A stretch of 64,000 nt of DNA from Alphaproteobacteria bacterium. Its GTDB lineage: Bacteria > Pseudomonadota > Alphaproteobacteria > UBA2136 > JAPKEQ01. Position numbers and translations under genes: made by a program. Location: the NCBI GenBank assembly GCA_028821995.1, contig JAPKEQ010000001.1, positions 5,620 to 69,619 on the forward strand, written 5' to 3'. The notes beneath the pieces are model-generated. The model searched no databases and had not been told where the DNA came from. It worked only from the letters and a program-made list of their open reading frames with translations. Positions 1 through 10,318 of this stretch are shown here, in pieces; position 1 is the first letter of the stretch, and every line of letters begins with the position of its first letter.

Positions 1-398
1 ATTATCGTAATGCGGTGGTTTGCCTTGGCTGCTCTGAATCTTACGCATAAGGTCTAGCTCGTCCTTTGTTACAAAGCACTCATAAGCACGCCCATCCGCA
101 AAAAGCTTTTCTAAAGCTTCTTTGTAATCCCCGCGCTCAGCACGCTGCATTGTGTAATAAGGCCCAAAACCACCATCCTTATGAGGACCTTCATCTGGTG
201 ACATACCAAGCCAAGCCATATCATCTAGCATTTGGCTTTCAGCACCACGTACCTCACGCTCAAAATCTGTGTCTTCAAAACGAAGTACAAAAACTCCGCC
301 ATTACGCTTAGCGTAAAGCGCATTCATTAACGCTGTACGAATATTTCCAATATGTAGCTTCCCAGTTGGGCTGGGAGCAAAGCGAACACGAACCGTCA
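1..398 (-). CDS. gltX: Glutamyl-tRNA synthetase (or GluQ-RS paralog), N-terminal part; gene runs off window start
   Basis: Minus-strand translation from ATG at 396-398 gives MTVRVRFAPSPTGKLHIGNIRTAL...VLRFEDTD, the class I HIGH motif and the FxxRxEDTD motif typical of GltX/GluQRS. Ends with a hairpin terminator downstream of secA, not of this gene. Confidence 0.8.
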
Positions 399-473
399 TT
401 TTACGATTTCTCTCCTAAAACTCTATTTATAAACCCAAACTATAGCATGGCTCCTGTAAAAAGCCTAGCATAC

Positions 474-515
474 AAAAAGCCCCGAAAATAGAAGTTCCGG
501 GGCTTTTTATTTTAT
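474..515. terminator. Rho-independent terminator, bidirectional-looking (A-run, GC hairpin gccccg...cggggc, T-run)
   Basis: aaaaagccccgaaaatagaagttccggggctttttatttt immediately 3' of secA on the minus strand. Confidence 0.7.
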
Positions 516-524
516 TAAATATAC

Positions 525-3155
525 CTACGCAACTTCAGAGGATTCAACAGCTCCATGACAATGCTTAAATTTCTTACCACTTCCGCATGGGCATGGTGCA
601 TTGCGCGAGATATCCATATTTGAAAAATCAACATGAGTATCATTTGCGTTTTCTGCTTCTGAAGCTGGGTCTTGCGCAAGAAACTCTGCCTTATCTTCCT
701 TGCGTACATCCACGCGTGCAGTAATCATCACAGTTTCATCACGCACACGATCAAGCAAGTCGCTAAACATACCAAAGGCTTCTTTTTTAAACTCATTAAG
801 AGGATCTTTCTGACCATACCCACGCAAGTGAATCCCTTGCTTAAGATAGTCTAAGCGTTGCAAGTGATCTTTCCACTGCATATCTAATGCTTGAAGAAGA
901 ATGCCTTTTTCCATTTTACGCATAACGTCTGCGCCAAGGCGTTCATTCTTTTGATTCCAAACCTCTGCAATATGCTTTTGTGCCTCAGCATATATATCTT
1001 CTGGAGATTTACCAGCTTCTACCCACTTATCAATATCAAGCTTCACATCAAAGTAACGCAGAAGCGCATCTTTGTAAGAGTCAACATTCCACTTTTCAGC
1101 ATAGTTACCAACAAAGGCATTACTGTGAGAAAGCTGGTGTGCTTCTTCGCGATAAGCTTCAATAACATCGCTCAAATCATCATCACTTAAAATATCATTA
1201 CGGTGTTCATAAACTGTCTTACGCTGGTCGTTTAAAATATTATCAAATTTTAAAAGGCTCTTACGAATTTCAAAGTTACGACCTTCAATTTTACGCTGTG
1301 CTGTTTCAATTGCAGCACCTACAAGACGGCTCTGAATCGCTTCATCTTCTGGCATATCAAGACGCGCCATCATGCCATCTAAGTTTTTAGCAAAAATACG
1401 CATCAGGTCATCTTGAAGGGAAATATAGAATACACTTGATCCCGCATCCCCTTGACGGCCAGCACGGCCACGCAGCTGGTTATCAATACGGCGAGATTCA
1501 TTACGCTCCGTACCGATCACACGTAAACCGCCAAGCTCAACAACCTTTGCTTTTTCTTTGTCGTACTTATCAGAAATAGCTTTGCGCTCAGCTTCATCTT
1601 CAACGCCTTCAAGTAGAAGATCGAGATTACCACCAAGTTTAATATCTGTACCACGACCGGCCATGTTTGTTGCAATTGTTACAGCGCCAAGGCGGCCTGC
1701 CTGTGCAATAATTTCAGCTTCACGTTCATGATGGCGTGCATTTAAAACCTCATGTTGGATGCGTGCCTTTTTAAGGTGCTCAGAAAGCAGTTCACTCTTT
1801 TCAATAGAGCTTGTTCCCACAAGAACGGGCTGACCCTTTTCTGCGCAAGATTTAATATCTGAAATTGCGGCTTTAATTTTAGCATCCGCAGTACGGTAAA
1901 TGATATCCGTATCATCTACGCGAGAAACAGTGATGTTTGTTGGCACAACAATCACGCCCATTCCGTAGATACTTTCAAACTCTTCAGCTTCTGTTTCAGC
2001 CGTACCTGTCATACCAGAAAGCTTACCGTAAAGACGGAAATAGTTCTGGAAGGTAATAGAAGCCATTACTTGGTTTTCGCTTTGAACCTGCACGCCTTCT
2101 TTTGCCTCAAGCGCTTGGTGAAGACCTTCAGAGAGGCGACGCCCAGGCGTCATACGACCTGTAAACTCATCAATAAGAACAACACCGTCCTGATGGATAA
2201 TGTAATCCACATCACGGCGAAGCGTGGCATGTGCCTTGAGAGCCTGCGTCAGGTGATGTACAAGCATGACATGCTGCATGTCGTACAGATTGTCATCCTT
2301 TTCCATAAGGCCCTGTTCTTTAAGAATACCTTCAGCGGCATCAATACCTGAATCTGTAAGGGCTACAGCGCGGCTTTTCTCGTCAACCTCATAATGATCA
2401 CCAACCTTAAGAGCAGGCACAAGACTATTCATCACCATGTAAAGGCCAGTCTTATCATCTGTTGGCCCACTAATAATAAGGGGTGTACGCGCTTCATCTA
2501 CAAGGATACTATCCACCTCATCCACAATAGCAAAACCAAGATCACGTTGAACCTGCTGTTCTGATGTAAAGGTCATGTTATCGCGCAAGTAGTCAAAACC
2601 AAGTTCATTATTCGTCGCGTAAACAATATCACTTGCATAAGCTTCTTTACGTTTGTCTTGTGGCAGATCATTTGTAAGGGCTGACACAGAAAGTCCAAGG
2701 AAGTTGAAAACCTGAGCCATCCACTCACTATCACGCTTGGCAAGATAGTCGTTCACAGTAACAACATGAACACTCTCGCCTGTAAGTGCGTTAAGGTAAG
2801 CAGGAAATGTGGCAACAAGTGTTTTACCTTCACCTGTTTTCATTTCACTAATATTGCCGCGGTGAAGAATAATCCCTCCCATAAGCTGCACATCAAAAGC
2901 ACGAAGCCCAAGAGAACGCCATGCAGCTTCACGTACTACAGCAAAAGCTTCTGGCAGAAGGTTATCTACTGTTTCGCCAGCTTTTAGGCGCTCTTTAAAT
3001 ACAGATGTTTTTGCTTTTAGCGCATCATCGTCAAGCGCTTTCATTTCGCTCTCAAGTGCATTAATACGCTGAACTGTTGGAAGTAGGCCCTTAATGTAAC
3101 GGTCGTTACGTGTGCCGAAAATTTTTTGTAGTCCCAAAACTTTAGAAAAACTCAT
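525..3155 (-). CDS. secA: Preprotein translocase ATPase SecA
   Basis: 876 aa ORF with the DEAD-like motor motifs (MKTGEGKTLVATFPAYLNAL, DEVDSILVDEARTPLIISG) and the C-terminal zinc-binding CPCGSGKKFKHCHG tail. Confidence 0.97.
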   Translation of the reverse strand: MSFSKVLGLQKIFGTRNDRYIKGLLPTVQRINALESEMKALDDDALKAKTSVFKERLKAGETVDNLLPEAFAVVREAAWRSLGLRAFDVQLMGGIILHRGNISEMKTGEGKTLVATFPAYLNALTGESVHVVTVNDYLAKRDSEWMAQVFNFLGLSVSALTNDLPQDKRKEAYASDIVYATNNELGFDYLRDNMTFTSEQQVQRDLGFAIVDEVDSILVDEARTPLIISGPTDDKTGLYMVMNSLVPALKVGDHYEVDEKSRAVALTDSGIDAAEGILKEQGLMEKDDNLYDMQHVMLVHHLTQALKAHATLRRDVDYIIHQDGVVLIDEFTGRMTPGRRLSEGLHQALEAKEGVQVQSENQVMASITFQNYFRLYGKLSGMTGTAETEAEEFESIYGMGVIVVPTNITVSRVDDTDIIYRTADAKIKAAISDIKSCAEKGQPVLVGTSSIEKSELLSEHLKKARIQHEVLNARHHEREAEIIAQAGRLGAVTIATNMAGRGTDIKLGGNLDLLLEGVEDEAERKAISDKYDKEKAKVVELGGLRVIGTERNESRRIDNQLRGRAGRQGDAGSSVFYISLQDDLMRIFAKNLDGMMARLDMPEDEAIQSRLVGAAIETAQRKIEGRNFEIRKSLLKFDNILNDQRKTVYEHRNDILSDDDLSDVIEAYREEAHQLSHSNAFVGNYAEKWNVDSYKDALLRYFDVKLDIDKWVEAGKSPEDIYAEAQKHIAEVWNQKNERLGADVMRKMEKGILLQALDMQWKDHLQRLDYLKQGIHLRGYGQKDPLNEFKKEAFGMFSDLLDRVRDETVMITARVDVRKEDKAEFLAQDPASEAENANDTHVDFSNMDISRNAPCPCGSGKKFKHCHGAVESSEVA

Positions 3156-3266
3156 TTTTTCCCCTGATTTCTCCCCTTAAAGAGAGTTTCTTATTTTTTA
3201 TGCGTTGAATGTTTTAACACGGCATGAGGCTGCCGTCAGGCCATTTTTAGAAAAAGGTGTAAAGAA

Positions 3267-4226
3267 TTAATTACGCAGGTTCTCTGCAGAGGCAATCTTA
3301 GAAGATGCCTTCATCGCTTTTAGGTTTGCCGCATAACGGCGCATACGTGTTTTATCTGCCTTAATAAAGGCATAAGGGTTCACTTTCACTCCGCCCACAA
3401 GCACTTCAAAGTGCAGGTGCGGCCCAGTTGAACGGCCAGTACTCCCCATAAGGGCAATTGTATCACCAGCTTTAACTTTTTGCCCGTTCTTCGCGAGCGC
3501 TTTATTCAGGTGGCCATAACGGGTCACAAAACCGCCCGGATGCATGACTTCTACCATTTGACCATACGCAAAGCGGTAACCAGAAAAAGTCACAATACCG
3601 TCTCCACTTGAAACAATCGGCACGTTCCAGCCGCCACCAATATCAACGCCAGAATGCCATTTTTTCTTTTTGTTAAATGGATCCGTACGGTAACCGTAAG
3701 CAGACGTCAAACGTGTACGGTCACTAATAACAGGCCATACATTGGGTTTTGATGAACGGTTTAGGTATGACTTGCTCACAAGTTCAAGCGCATCTTCCAT
3801 TACACCGTCTAGATCTTCTGTCTGGTGTTTAAGCTGAGCAAACTGCTCTGTTAGCTCATCTAAAGAAACTTTTTTATCAAGGGCTGGCTTTTCAGAGCTC
3901 CCCTGTCCTTCAATTTCATGAACATGGTCTTCAAGCATATCGCCAATTTCGTCATCATTGAAGAGCTTCTCTCCAATCATATCAAAACGATCGATCTTAG
4001 ACTGCATCACGCCAATTTCTTCGGCAAAAACTTTAATTTGCTCATCAGCCATTGCGTTTTCACGCTTAATGCGAGCAAGCTCTTCCTTAAGGGTTTCAGG
4101 GTTTGCAGAAACCATTGGCAAGCTAAAACCATGCCCATCTTCTCTAACAAGGCCAAAAACAACAAGAGCCCCACCAAAAACAAGAGCGCAGAAGCAATAA
4201 AAACTTCTGAGGGTAAGGGCGCGCAT
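3267..4226 (-). CDS. M23 family metallopeptidase (LytM domain) with N-terminal TM and coiled-coil region (EnvC/NlpD-like)
   Basis: C-terminal HSGVDIGG...GSTGRSTGPHLHFEV motifs (HxxxD and HxH of M23), with an N-terminal hydrophobic segment and a charged coiled-coil region. Confidence 0.85.
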   Translation of the reverse strand: MRALTLRSFYCFCALVFGGALVVFGLVREDGHGFSLPMVSANPETLKEELARIKRENAMADEQIKVFAEEIGVMQSKIDRFDMIGEKLFNDDEIGDMLEDHVHEIEGQGSSEKPALDKKVSLDELTEQFAQLKHQTEDLDGVMEDALELVSKSYLNRSSKPNVWPVISDRTRLTSAYGYRTDPFNKKKKWHSGVDIGGGWNVPIVSSGDGIVTFSGYRFAYGQMVEVMHPGGFVTRYGHLNKALAKNGQKVKAGDTIALMGSTGRSTGPHLHFEVLVGGVKVNPYAFIKADKTRMRRYAANLKAMKASSKIASAENLRN

Positions 4227-4509
4227 AGACGAAGTTTCCCCAAGTGCAATATTGAGGTAAAGCCTATGATTCCAAATGCTTTTTAGTTTATTAATGGTCT
4301 AATCCAACTTTTAAATAAACAAGTATATCTCTATGTATTAGGTACACCTTTTACCATAGAAACTATGCACAGTATATGCCTAATTAAACCGACTCTCCAA
4401 ACTTTATGATCTTTTTTGGCTTATAATTCGGATTTCGCCCTTGCGTTTTTGTCACAATAAAGGCAACCTTGTGAGCAATTAAATAATAATAAAGACAGGT
4501 GCATTTCCT

Positions 4510-5304
4510 ATGACTTTAAAATCAGCATTATTTGCGACAACAATTCTAGCACTTTCATTGAGTGCATGTGGCGGCGAATCAGGCACGGTAGTTGCGCGTG
4601 TCAACCATGATAAAATTACACAAGAGCAAGTTGAAGCACAGCTTAAAGACATTCCTGCTGAGCTCATTGAGCAGCAAGGCGTAGAACTTAAAGAGCGTAT
4701 TCTTAACAACCTTGTTGAGCAGTCTTTGCTTGTTCAAGCTGCTAAAAAAGAAGGCATTGAGTCTGACAAATCTTTCAAAGAGCAAATGGACTCTATACGC
4801 ACACAGCTTCTTACACGCATGGTTCTACAGAAAAAAGTTGACCAAGCAGCTAACGATGACGCACTTATGGGTCTTTACGAACTTGAAAAAGAAAAGTACG
4901 CACAGCCTCAGCTTAAAGCGCGTCACATTCTTGTAAAAACAGAAGATAAAGCTAAAACACTTATCAGCAAGCTTGCTGGCGGTGCTGACTTCGCAAAACT
5001 TGCAAAAGAAAACTCAACAGGTCCAACTAAAGACCGTGGCGGCGACCTTGGCTGGTTCCGTCCAGCAGATATGGTTCCTGAGTTCTCGAACGCTGTAAAA
5101 GAACTGCGTAAAGGCGAGTATGCTAAAACACCTATCCAAACACAGTTTGGCTGGCATGTTGTTAAGCTAGAAGATACTAAAGCACCTGAAGCACCTACCT
5201 TTGAAGAGCTTAAGCCAATCCTTAAGCAACGTATTACGCAAGTAACAATCGAAGGCTACATGCAAGAGCTTAAAAACAAAGCGGATATCACGCTTGTTGA
5301 GTAA
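4510..5304 (+). CDS. Parvulin-type peptidyl-prolyl cis-trans isomerase lipoprotein (PpiC/PrsA/PlpA-like)
   Basis: Lipoprotein signal (LALSLSACGG) and a C-terminal PpiC rotamase domain (ARHILVKTEDKA...GGDLGWFRPADMVPEFSNAV...FGWHVVKLED). Confidence 0.85.
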   Translation: MTLKSALFATTILALSLSACGGESGTVVARVNHDKITQEQVEAQLKDIPAELIEQQGVELKERILNNLVEQSLLVQAAKKEGIESDKSFKEQMDSIRTQLLTRMVLQKKVDQAANDDALMGLYELEKEKYAQPQLKARHILVKTEDKAKTLISKLAGGADFAKLAKENSTGPTKDRGGDLGWFRPADMVPEFSNAVKELRKGEYAKTPIQTQFGWHVVKLEDTKAPEAPTFEELKPILKQRITQVTIEGYMQELKNKADITLVE

Positions 5305-6067
5305 GTTCAAAAAAATACCAAAACAAGCCGTACACCTTTGTGCGGCTTGCTTGCTTTTAGGTTGCACGCAAGTGCAAGAAGCGCCTGTAGAGAAGCCTGT
5401 AGAACAAGAAAATGCCAAACACTCTTACCTGTTTTCTGTTCAGCCACAATCTCCTCATGCAGAATTTAGCACAGCTCTTCAAAATGAGCTTAAAGCTGAC
5501 CCTCTGTTTCTTGGTACTCATGCAAGGGATGCTGGCCAACTTATCATTTCTGCAATACCTCAAATTCAAATTGACCCACTCAACAGGTCAAGAACACCAT
5601 CCTTTGGCAAGCTTGCCGCCCAAACTGTTGCACTTGAAATTCAAGTTCCTTATACATTGAGTACTTATAACGACCAAGTTTTGCACTCAGGAGAAATTCG
5701 TTACATCACAGAACCACTTCCTGTCATATCCCCAACAGTCACCATTCGCCCAGATATTCCAAAAGAAACATGGGAAGATATAAGCTCCATGCTTTTAACA
5801 GATGTTTCACCAGCCCTTGGGAATATCCCGTGGAATGCCCAAGTGATAGGCATTATTGATAGCGATCATGCCATTCTTAATATTGGCAAGGAAAGCAGAC
5901 TGCCTGCTCGCACCATCATGAAAAGCAGCGACATAACTGCCACCTTTGCAGAAATCGTGATTTATGAAAAAAATGATAGAGGTACAAGCAGAGCAGTCCT
6001 TAAACATATCAGCGGACCACCTTTTGCATCAAACATGTCATTTACACCTGTAGTTCCTTCTCAATAA
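5294..6067 (+). CDS. Hypothetical lipoprotein
   Basis: 257 aa ORF with a lipobox-like signal (CAACLLLGCTQ). No recognisable domain. Overlaps the upstream PPIase gene by 11 bp (co-transcribed). Confidence 0.55.
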   Translation: MLSKFKKIPKQAVHLCAACLLLGCTQVQEAPVEKPVEQENAKHSYLFSVQPQSPHAEFSTALQNELKADPLFLGTHARDAGQLIISAIPQIQIDPLNRSRTPSFGKLAAQTVALEIQVPYTLSTYNDQVLHSGEIRYITEPLPVISPTVTIRPDIPKETWEDISSMLLTDVSPALGNIPWNAQVIGIIDSDHAILNIGKESRLPARTIMKSSDITATFAEIVIYEKNDRGTSRAVLKHISGPPFASNMSFTPVVPSQ

Positions 6068-6822
6068 TGGAAGCATTTTTCCAATTTTCAGCGTTTGAAC
6101 TTGGACTCATGGGGCTCTGCAGTTTTTTAGGATCCTTTATGTCAGCAAGTTTTGGCTTTGGTGGAGGGCTGTTTCTCATGCTAGTTTTCCCATACTTTAT
6201 GCCCATCACGCTTGCCGTACCTCTGCACGCTTTTGTACAGCTGGCCTCTAATACTGGACGCTGTTACCTGCTTCGCTCACACATTAAATTCAAACCTGCC
6301 ATTCTGTTTGGCATAGGCTCACTCATAGGGGCACTCATCCCCGCAGCCTTTATTATGGAAATGCCAGAAAGGCTACTCTCCATGATTTTGGTTGTTTTTA
6401 TTATGATTATTCTGTGGTTGCCACTTCCGCCAGTTTCAGAGAAACTCGGCCATAAACTATTGCCAGGTGCCGGCTTTGCTAGTGGTTTTAGCGGTATGTT
6501 TATTGGGGCAAGCGGTTTCTTCATCAATGTTATTCTAAGGACATTCCATTGGGATAGACGCGACTACACCGCAACGGCTGCCTTTGGCATGATGATGAAC
6601 CATATGACTAAAATCATTGCTTTTATGGTTGCTGGCGTTGTACTCACACCGTACATCCCATTCATGCTCCTTATGAGCTTTATTGGCTTTGCAGGCACCT
6701 GGTGCGGCCGCCACCTTGTGCTCGAAAAACTCTCTAATGAGCGTTTTTATAGCCTTATGAAAGTTCTCCTCAGTATCCTTGCTCTCCGCCTTGCACTTAA
6801 GGCCTTTGGTGTGTGGGTTTAA
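6067..6822 (+). CDS. TSUP family (TauE/SafE, DUF81) sulfite/anion exporter-like membrane protein
   Basis: About 250 aa, polytopic, with the glycine-rich FGFGGGLFLM motif near the N-terminus and repeated halves typical of TauE/SafE. Confidence 0.75.
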   Translation: MEAFFQFSAFELGLMGLCSFLGSFMSASFGFGGGLFLMLVFPYFMPITLAVPLHAFVQLASNTGRCYLLRSHIKFKPAILFGIGSLIGALIPAAFIMEMPERLLSMILVVFIMIILWLPLPPVSEKLGHKLLPGAGFASGFSGMFIGASGFFINVILRTFHWDRRDYTATAAFGMMMNHMTKIIAFMVAGVVLTPYIPFMLLMSFIGFAGTWCGRHLVLEKLSNERFYSLMKVLLSILALRLALKAFGVWV

Positions 6823-6860
6823 ATTTTGTGCGCTTGCGTATTTTCCTATAAGCTTCTGGC

Positions 6861-7511
6861 ATGATGTATTTCGCTCTCATTTTTACGCTTCTTTTTAGTT
6901 CGCTATCATGGGCTGAAAGCTGCATGAAGGAAGAGCAGTTAAAAAAACGCATGGTACTCATTGAAAAATTCAACCGCGGTAAAGGCAGTGGTGTGCTCTA
7001 TGGCGGCACAACAGTGCTCACAAACAGACACGTGATTGAAGATGTAGACATGCCATGGGTCTGGGTGCCAAAACTTCAAAAATCTATTCGCGCAGATGTT
7101 CTCTACCAAGCGCCAGGTAAAGAGGCGGATTTTGCAATTTTAAAACTGAGAGAACGCGTACCAAACACAAGAATTTTACCACTTTCCAAAGCGCCACAAA
7201 AAGGTGAAACACTCAATACACTTGGCTTTCCATTTGGAAAAAAATATAAATTAAGCGCCGTGACAGGCACATTTAAAGAGCGCATCAAAATTAAAGGCAT
7301 GACGCACCCTGATGCTATGCTCACAGTTTTAAGCCATGACCAAACCCATAGCGGCGATAGTGGCGGCGGCATATTTAACTGCGCCGGAGAGCTAGCTGGC
7401 ATCCATTTTGGAAACCAAGCACATATTGGAAAACCAAAAAATAGCTTTGGCGTACATGTGAGTGCTATAAAGCGTATTCTTAAGATGCACAACATCCCAA
7501 CAAGCCAATAA
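6861..7511 (+). CDS. Secreted trypsin-like (S1/chymotrypsin fold) serine peptidase
   Basis: Signal peptide, then catalytic-triad contexts TNRHVIED (His), DFAILKL (Asp) and GDSGGGIF (Ser). Confidence 0.8.
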   Translation: MMYFALIFTLLFSSLSWAESCMKEEQLKKRMVLIEKFNRGKGSGVLYGGTTVLTNRHVIEDVDMPWVWVPKLQKSIRADVLYQAPGKEADFAILKLRERVPNTRILPLSKAPQKGETLNTLGFPFGKKYKLSAVTGTFKERIKIKGMTHPDAMLTVLSHDQTHSGDSGGGIFNCAGELAGIHFGNQAHIGKPKNSFGVHVSAIKRILKMHNIPTSQ

Positions 7512-7591
7512 CACTTTGACTTTTTAAGTACATCCTCATATTTTAAATGAGAATTCAATCTTTCCTGTTCACGTTTTAAGGAGACCTTTCT

Positions 7592-8152
7592 ATGGTTCCA
7601 ACCCTCCCCTCTTTCTGGATGAACAATGATCCGCAGCTTTCAGCGCTCACAATTATTGGGCAGGCCCTTCATACTGAAACAGGCGAAGCTCTTTTTGTAG
7701 CCCAGCTTTTAAGTAAGGCTCATAAAGTGATTTTGATCACACAAAAAGAGCTGCAAGCAGATGGCTATCATCAAATTGAAAGCACCAGAAAAAATCCCAA
7801 TACGTTTGCTATGCAAAACTTACCATCAAACTCTGGTGTCTACCGTCACTTTAAGGGGCATGATAAGCTTTATGAAGTCTACGGTACGGCCTACCTCTAT
7901 CAAGATAGAATGACAAGAACCCGACCGCTTGTTCTCTACAGCCCTATGTACGGAGACCACAAGGGGTTGCTCACAGCTCGCCCCTATTTAACAAGCCGGG
8001 GCTCATTTATTGATACAAAAGGTTATGGTTTTTTTGATTGGGTTTTTTATAGTGAAAATGAACAAGGGTACACCGGACCACGCTTCAAGTATGTAGGCCC
8101 GATGGAAAGCAGCATGCATCCATTACTGTACAAACCCTTTAAAACTGACTAA
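7592..8152 (+). CDS. DUF1653 domain protein
   Basis: GVYRHFKGHDKLYEVYGTAYLYQD...LVLYSPMYGD matches the DUF1653 signature (YRHYKG..Y.V.G.A.H.ET...VVY..LYGD). The N-terminal half looks like a degenerate second copy. Confidence 0.6.
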   Translation: MVPTLPSFWMNNDPQLSALTIIGQALHTETGEALFVAQLLSKAHKVILITQKELQADGYHQIESTRKNPNTFAMQNLPSNSGVYRHFKGHDKLYEVYGTAYLYQDRMTRTRPLVLYSPMYGDHKGLLTARPYLTSRGSFIDTKGYGFFDWVFYSENEQGYTGPRFKYVGPMESSMHPLLYKPFKTD

Positions 8153-8160
8153 TCGACACA

Positions 8161-8195
8161 AAAAATCCCCCGCGCTGCGGGGGGTTTTGTTTTTG
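8161..8195 (+). terminator. Rho-independent terminator
   Basis: aaaaatcccccgcgctgcggggggttttgtttttg: perfect GC stem plus T-run after the DUF1653 gene. Confidence 0.8.
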
Positions 8196-8203
8196 ATTTT
8201 ACA

Positions 8204-8234
8204 AAAAAACAGCCCCCACATGAGAGCTGTTTTA
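8204..8234 (-). terminator. Probable terminator for rpsO
   Basis: acagc-loop-gctgt hairpin flanked by A/T runs in the convergent gap. Weaker than the others. Confidence 0.4.
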
Positions 8235-8334
8235 AAGTAAGCGTTATTTGAGATGAGTGTTTTATTTTTAAGTTTGCGCAGAGTACTGAAACGTACTTAA
8301 GCAAAGAGAAAATAAAACAATCGCTCAAAGAGCC

Positions 8335-8604
8335 TTATTTACGTAGGCCTAGAGCTTTAATCACACCAACATAACGCGTTTCGTCTTTTTTACGTAGGTA
8401 CGCAAGAAGAGTACGACGCTGGTTAACAAGACGGATAAGACCACGACGTGAGTGGTTATCTTGCTTGTTTGTTTTGAAGTGCTCTGTAAGGTTACGGATA
8501 CGATCCGTTAGAATTGCAACTTGAACTTCAGTTTTACCGCTGTTCGCTTCGCTTCCACCAAACTGTTTTACAAGTTCAGCTGTTCTTTCTGTAGTAATAG
8601 ACAT
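8335..8604 (-). CDS. rpsO: 30S ribosomal protein S15
   Basis: 89 aa [16 protein letters not shown]...[24 protein letters not shown], canonical S15. Confidence 0.95.
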   Translation of the reverse strand: MSITTERTAELVKQFGGSEANSGKTEVQVAILTDRIRNLTEHFKTNKQDNHSRRGLIRLVNQRRTLLAYLRKKDETRYVGVIKALGLRK

Positions 8605-8630
8605 GCTATTTTTCCTATCATTACAGTATC

Positions 8631-9548
8631 TTATAGATTAAAGTTGCGGATGACTTTCACAAGCCCGTCTTCCTTCACTTCTACAAGCGAGGACACAGGT
8701 CCGTTTAGAGCCTTTACACGCATAACACCTGGTTTGAGGTGAATACGCATAAATGTTCCGCCTGCCTTGAGGCGTAATGCCTCCTCTGGAGAGGCGCGAT
8801 ACACCGGGATACCGTCCAGTGTTGCGTCTACAGCCAAAAGCAGATGGCGCGGATAATGGCCTCCATCAGCTTCTTTGTCAAGCATTTCTTGGGTTAAGGC
8901 CTTATCTAGCCCTACATCGCCCACAAGCGTTCTTCTTAAATAGGTCACATGACCATAGCATTCAAGGGCGCGGCCCATGTCTCTTGCAAGAGAACGCACA
9001 TACGTTCCCTTACTTACAGACACAGAAAAACGGGTTTTTTCTGGGCTATGCTCGAGCACATCCAAAGAATAGACATGTACATCGCGGGCTTTAAGCTCAA
9101 GTCCGCCGCCTTTGCGCGCTTCCTTGTAAGCCACTTTGCCATCAATTTTAATGGCGCTAAACTGCGGCGGCACCTGTTGAATGTCGCCAACAAATTGCGG
9201 CAGAATATCCATAATGTCTTGCTGGCTTGGCCTCTTATCAGATGTTTTTGTGGCTTCGCCTTCAAGGTCATCCGTAGAGGTCTCGTTCCCCCACGCCACA
9301 TCAAACTCGTAAGATTTATCTTCTACAATCATGTAAGGCATGGTCTTTGTCGCCTCCCCCAGTGCAATGGGAAGAACACCTGTCGCTAGCGGGTCGAGCG
9401 TACCGCCATGGCCTGCTTTTTTTGCGTTCATAATACGCTTAATATAGCCAACAGCTTGGGTCGATGTCATGCCGAGCGGCTTATCTAAAAAGATCCACCC
9501 GTGCACTTCATCGCGCGGTTTTCTATTTTTAGAGTTAGGATCTACCAT
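8631..9548 (-). CDS. truB: tRNA pseudouridine(55) synthase TruB
   Basis: [14 protein letters not shown]...[23 protein letters not shown] catalytic-Asp motif, and a C-terminal PUA-like region. Confidence 0.93.
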   Translation of the reverse strand: MVDPNSKNRKPRDEVHGWIFLDKPLGMTSTQAVGYIKRIMNAKKAGHGGTLDPLATGVLPIALGEATKTMPYMIVEDKSYEFDVAWGNETSTDDLEGEATKTSDKRPSQQDIMDILPQFVGDIQQVPPQFSAIKIDGKVAYKEARKGGGLELKARDVHVYSLDVLEHSPEKTRFSVSVSKGTYVRSLARDMGRALECYGHVTYLRRTLVGDVGLDKALTQEMLDKEADGGHYPRHLLLAVDATLDGIPVYRASPEEALRLKAGGTFMRIHLKPGVMRVKALNGPVSSLVEVKEDGLVKVIRNFNL

Positions 9549-9584
9549 GAACAGCCTTACATTTTAAAGTGTAAAAAAGCGTCA

Positions 9585-10304
9585 TTACGCAGCACTTTCT
9601 TCAGTTTGATTTTCTATTTTCTTCAGTTCCTCTGGAGCAGACAAAGCTTCTGCTTCTTTTTCCGCCCCACCAAAAACGAGTTCATAGAGTCTTGTAACCT
9701 TTTTCACAAGAGGCCCAACATTTGGTGCACACTCTTTAACTATAGAGTTAACATCCTTAACACGACCAAATAAAACATCCAGTGTTGTTTTATCTCTGTC
9801 CACTTCAGACTGAAGCGCATTCATTTTCCTAAAAATCATATCTTTTTTATTAGCATCTACGACTTCTTGGTTCACTATTCCTCGTATCGTATTCAACAAG
9901 TCAGCAATATCTTGTTTATAGCTACTAGCAATAGAGAGATATACAGGTAAAACTTCAGGATTTTTTCCCATGGTCTGGACTGCTAGGTGAATTAAAACAT
10001 ATTCAAGGTCTGCTCTAAATTCATCGAATAAAAAAGAAAAAGATTTCTCATTCTTAGAGGTAAATACATCAGGTAAATCAATATCTAATTTATTAGCACT
10101 AATAAAACCCTGAAGCCCTTTGGCATACATTCTTTCTGGAAGATAATTTCCTAGATACTCACCATAATTTCCGACATTTCCGCTTTGGCTTCTATCAATT
10201 TCAGACTCCTTTGTCAGAGCTTGCCTTAAACGCTTTTCAAAAACAACAAAAGCTGCCTTTGGATTCGCAGGTAAAGAACTCCAATCAATATTATCATTAA
10301 GCAT
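9585..10304 (-). CDS. Hypothetical protein, co-transcribed downstream of the M48 peptidase
   Basis: 239 aa ORF lying 15 bp after the M48 gene on the same strand. No recognisable motif. Confidence 0.55.
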   Translation of the reverse strand: MLNDNIDWSSLPANPKAAFVVFEKRLRQALTKESEIDRSQSGNVGNYGEYLGNYLPERMYAKGLQGFISANKLDIDLPDVFTSKNEKSFSFLFDEFRADLEYVLIHLAVQTMGKNPEVLPVYLSIASSYKQDIADLLNTIRGIVNQEVVDANKKDMIFRKMNALQSEVDRDKTTLDVLFGRVKDVNSIVKECAPNVGPLVKKVTRLYELVFGGAEKEAEALSAPEELKKIENQTEESAA

Positions 10305-10318
10305 TACATATTCCCCTC

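Noticed and set aside
66-311. 81 aa plus-strand ORF
   Set aside because: Lies entirely antisense within the gltX reading frame. His/Gln-rich junk translation.
672-1190. Several 60-99 aa plus-strand ORFs
   Set aside because: Antisense to secA, which is unambiguous.
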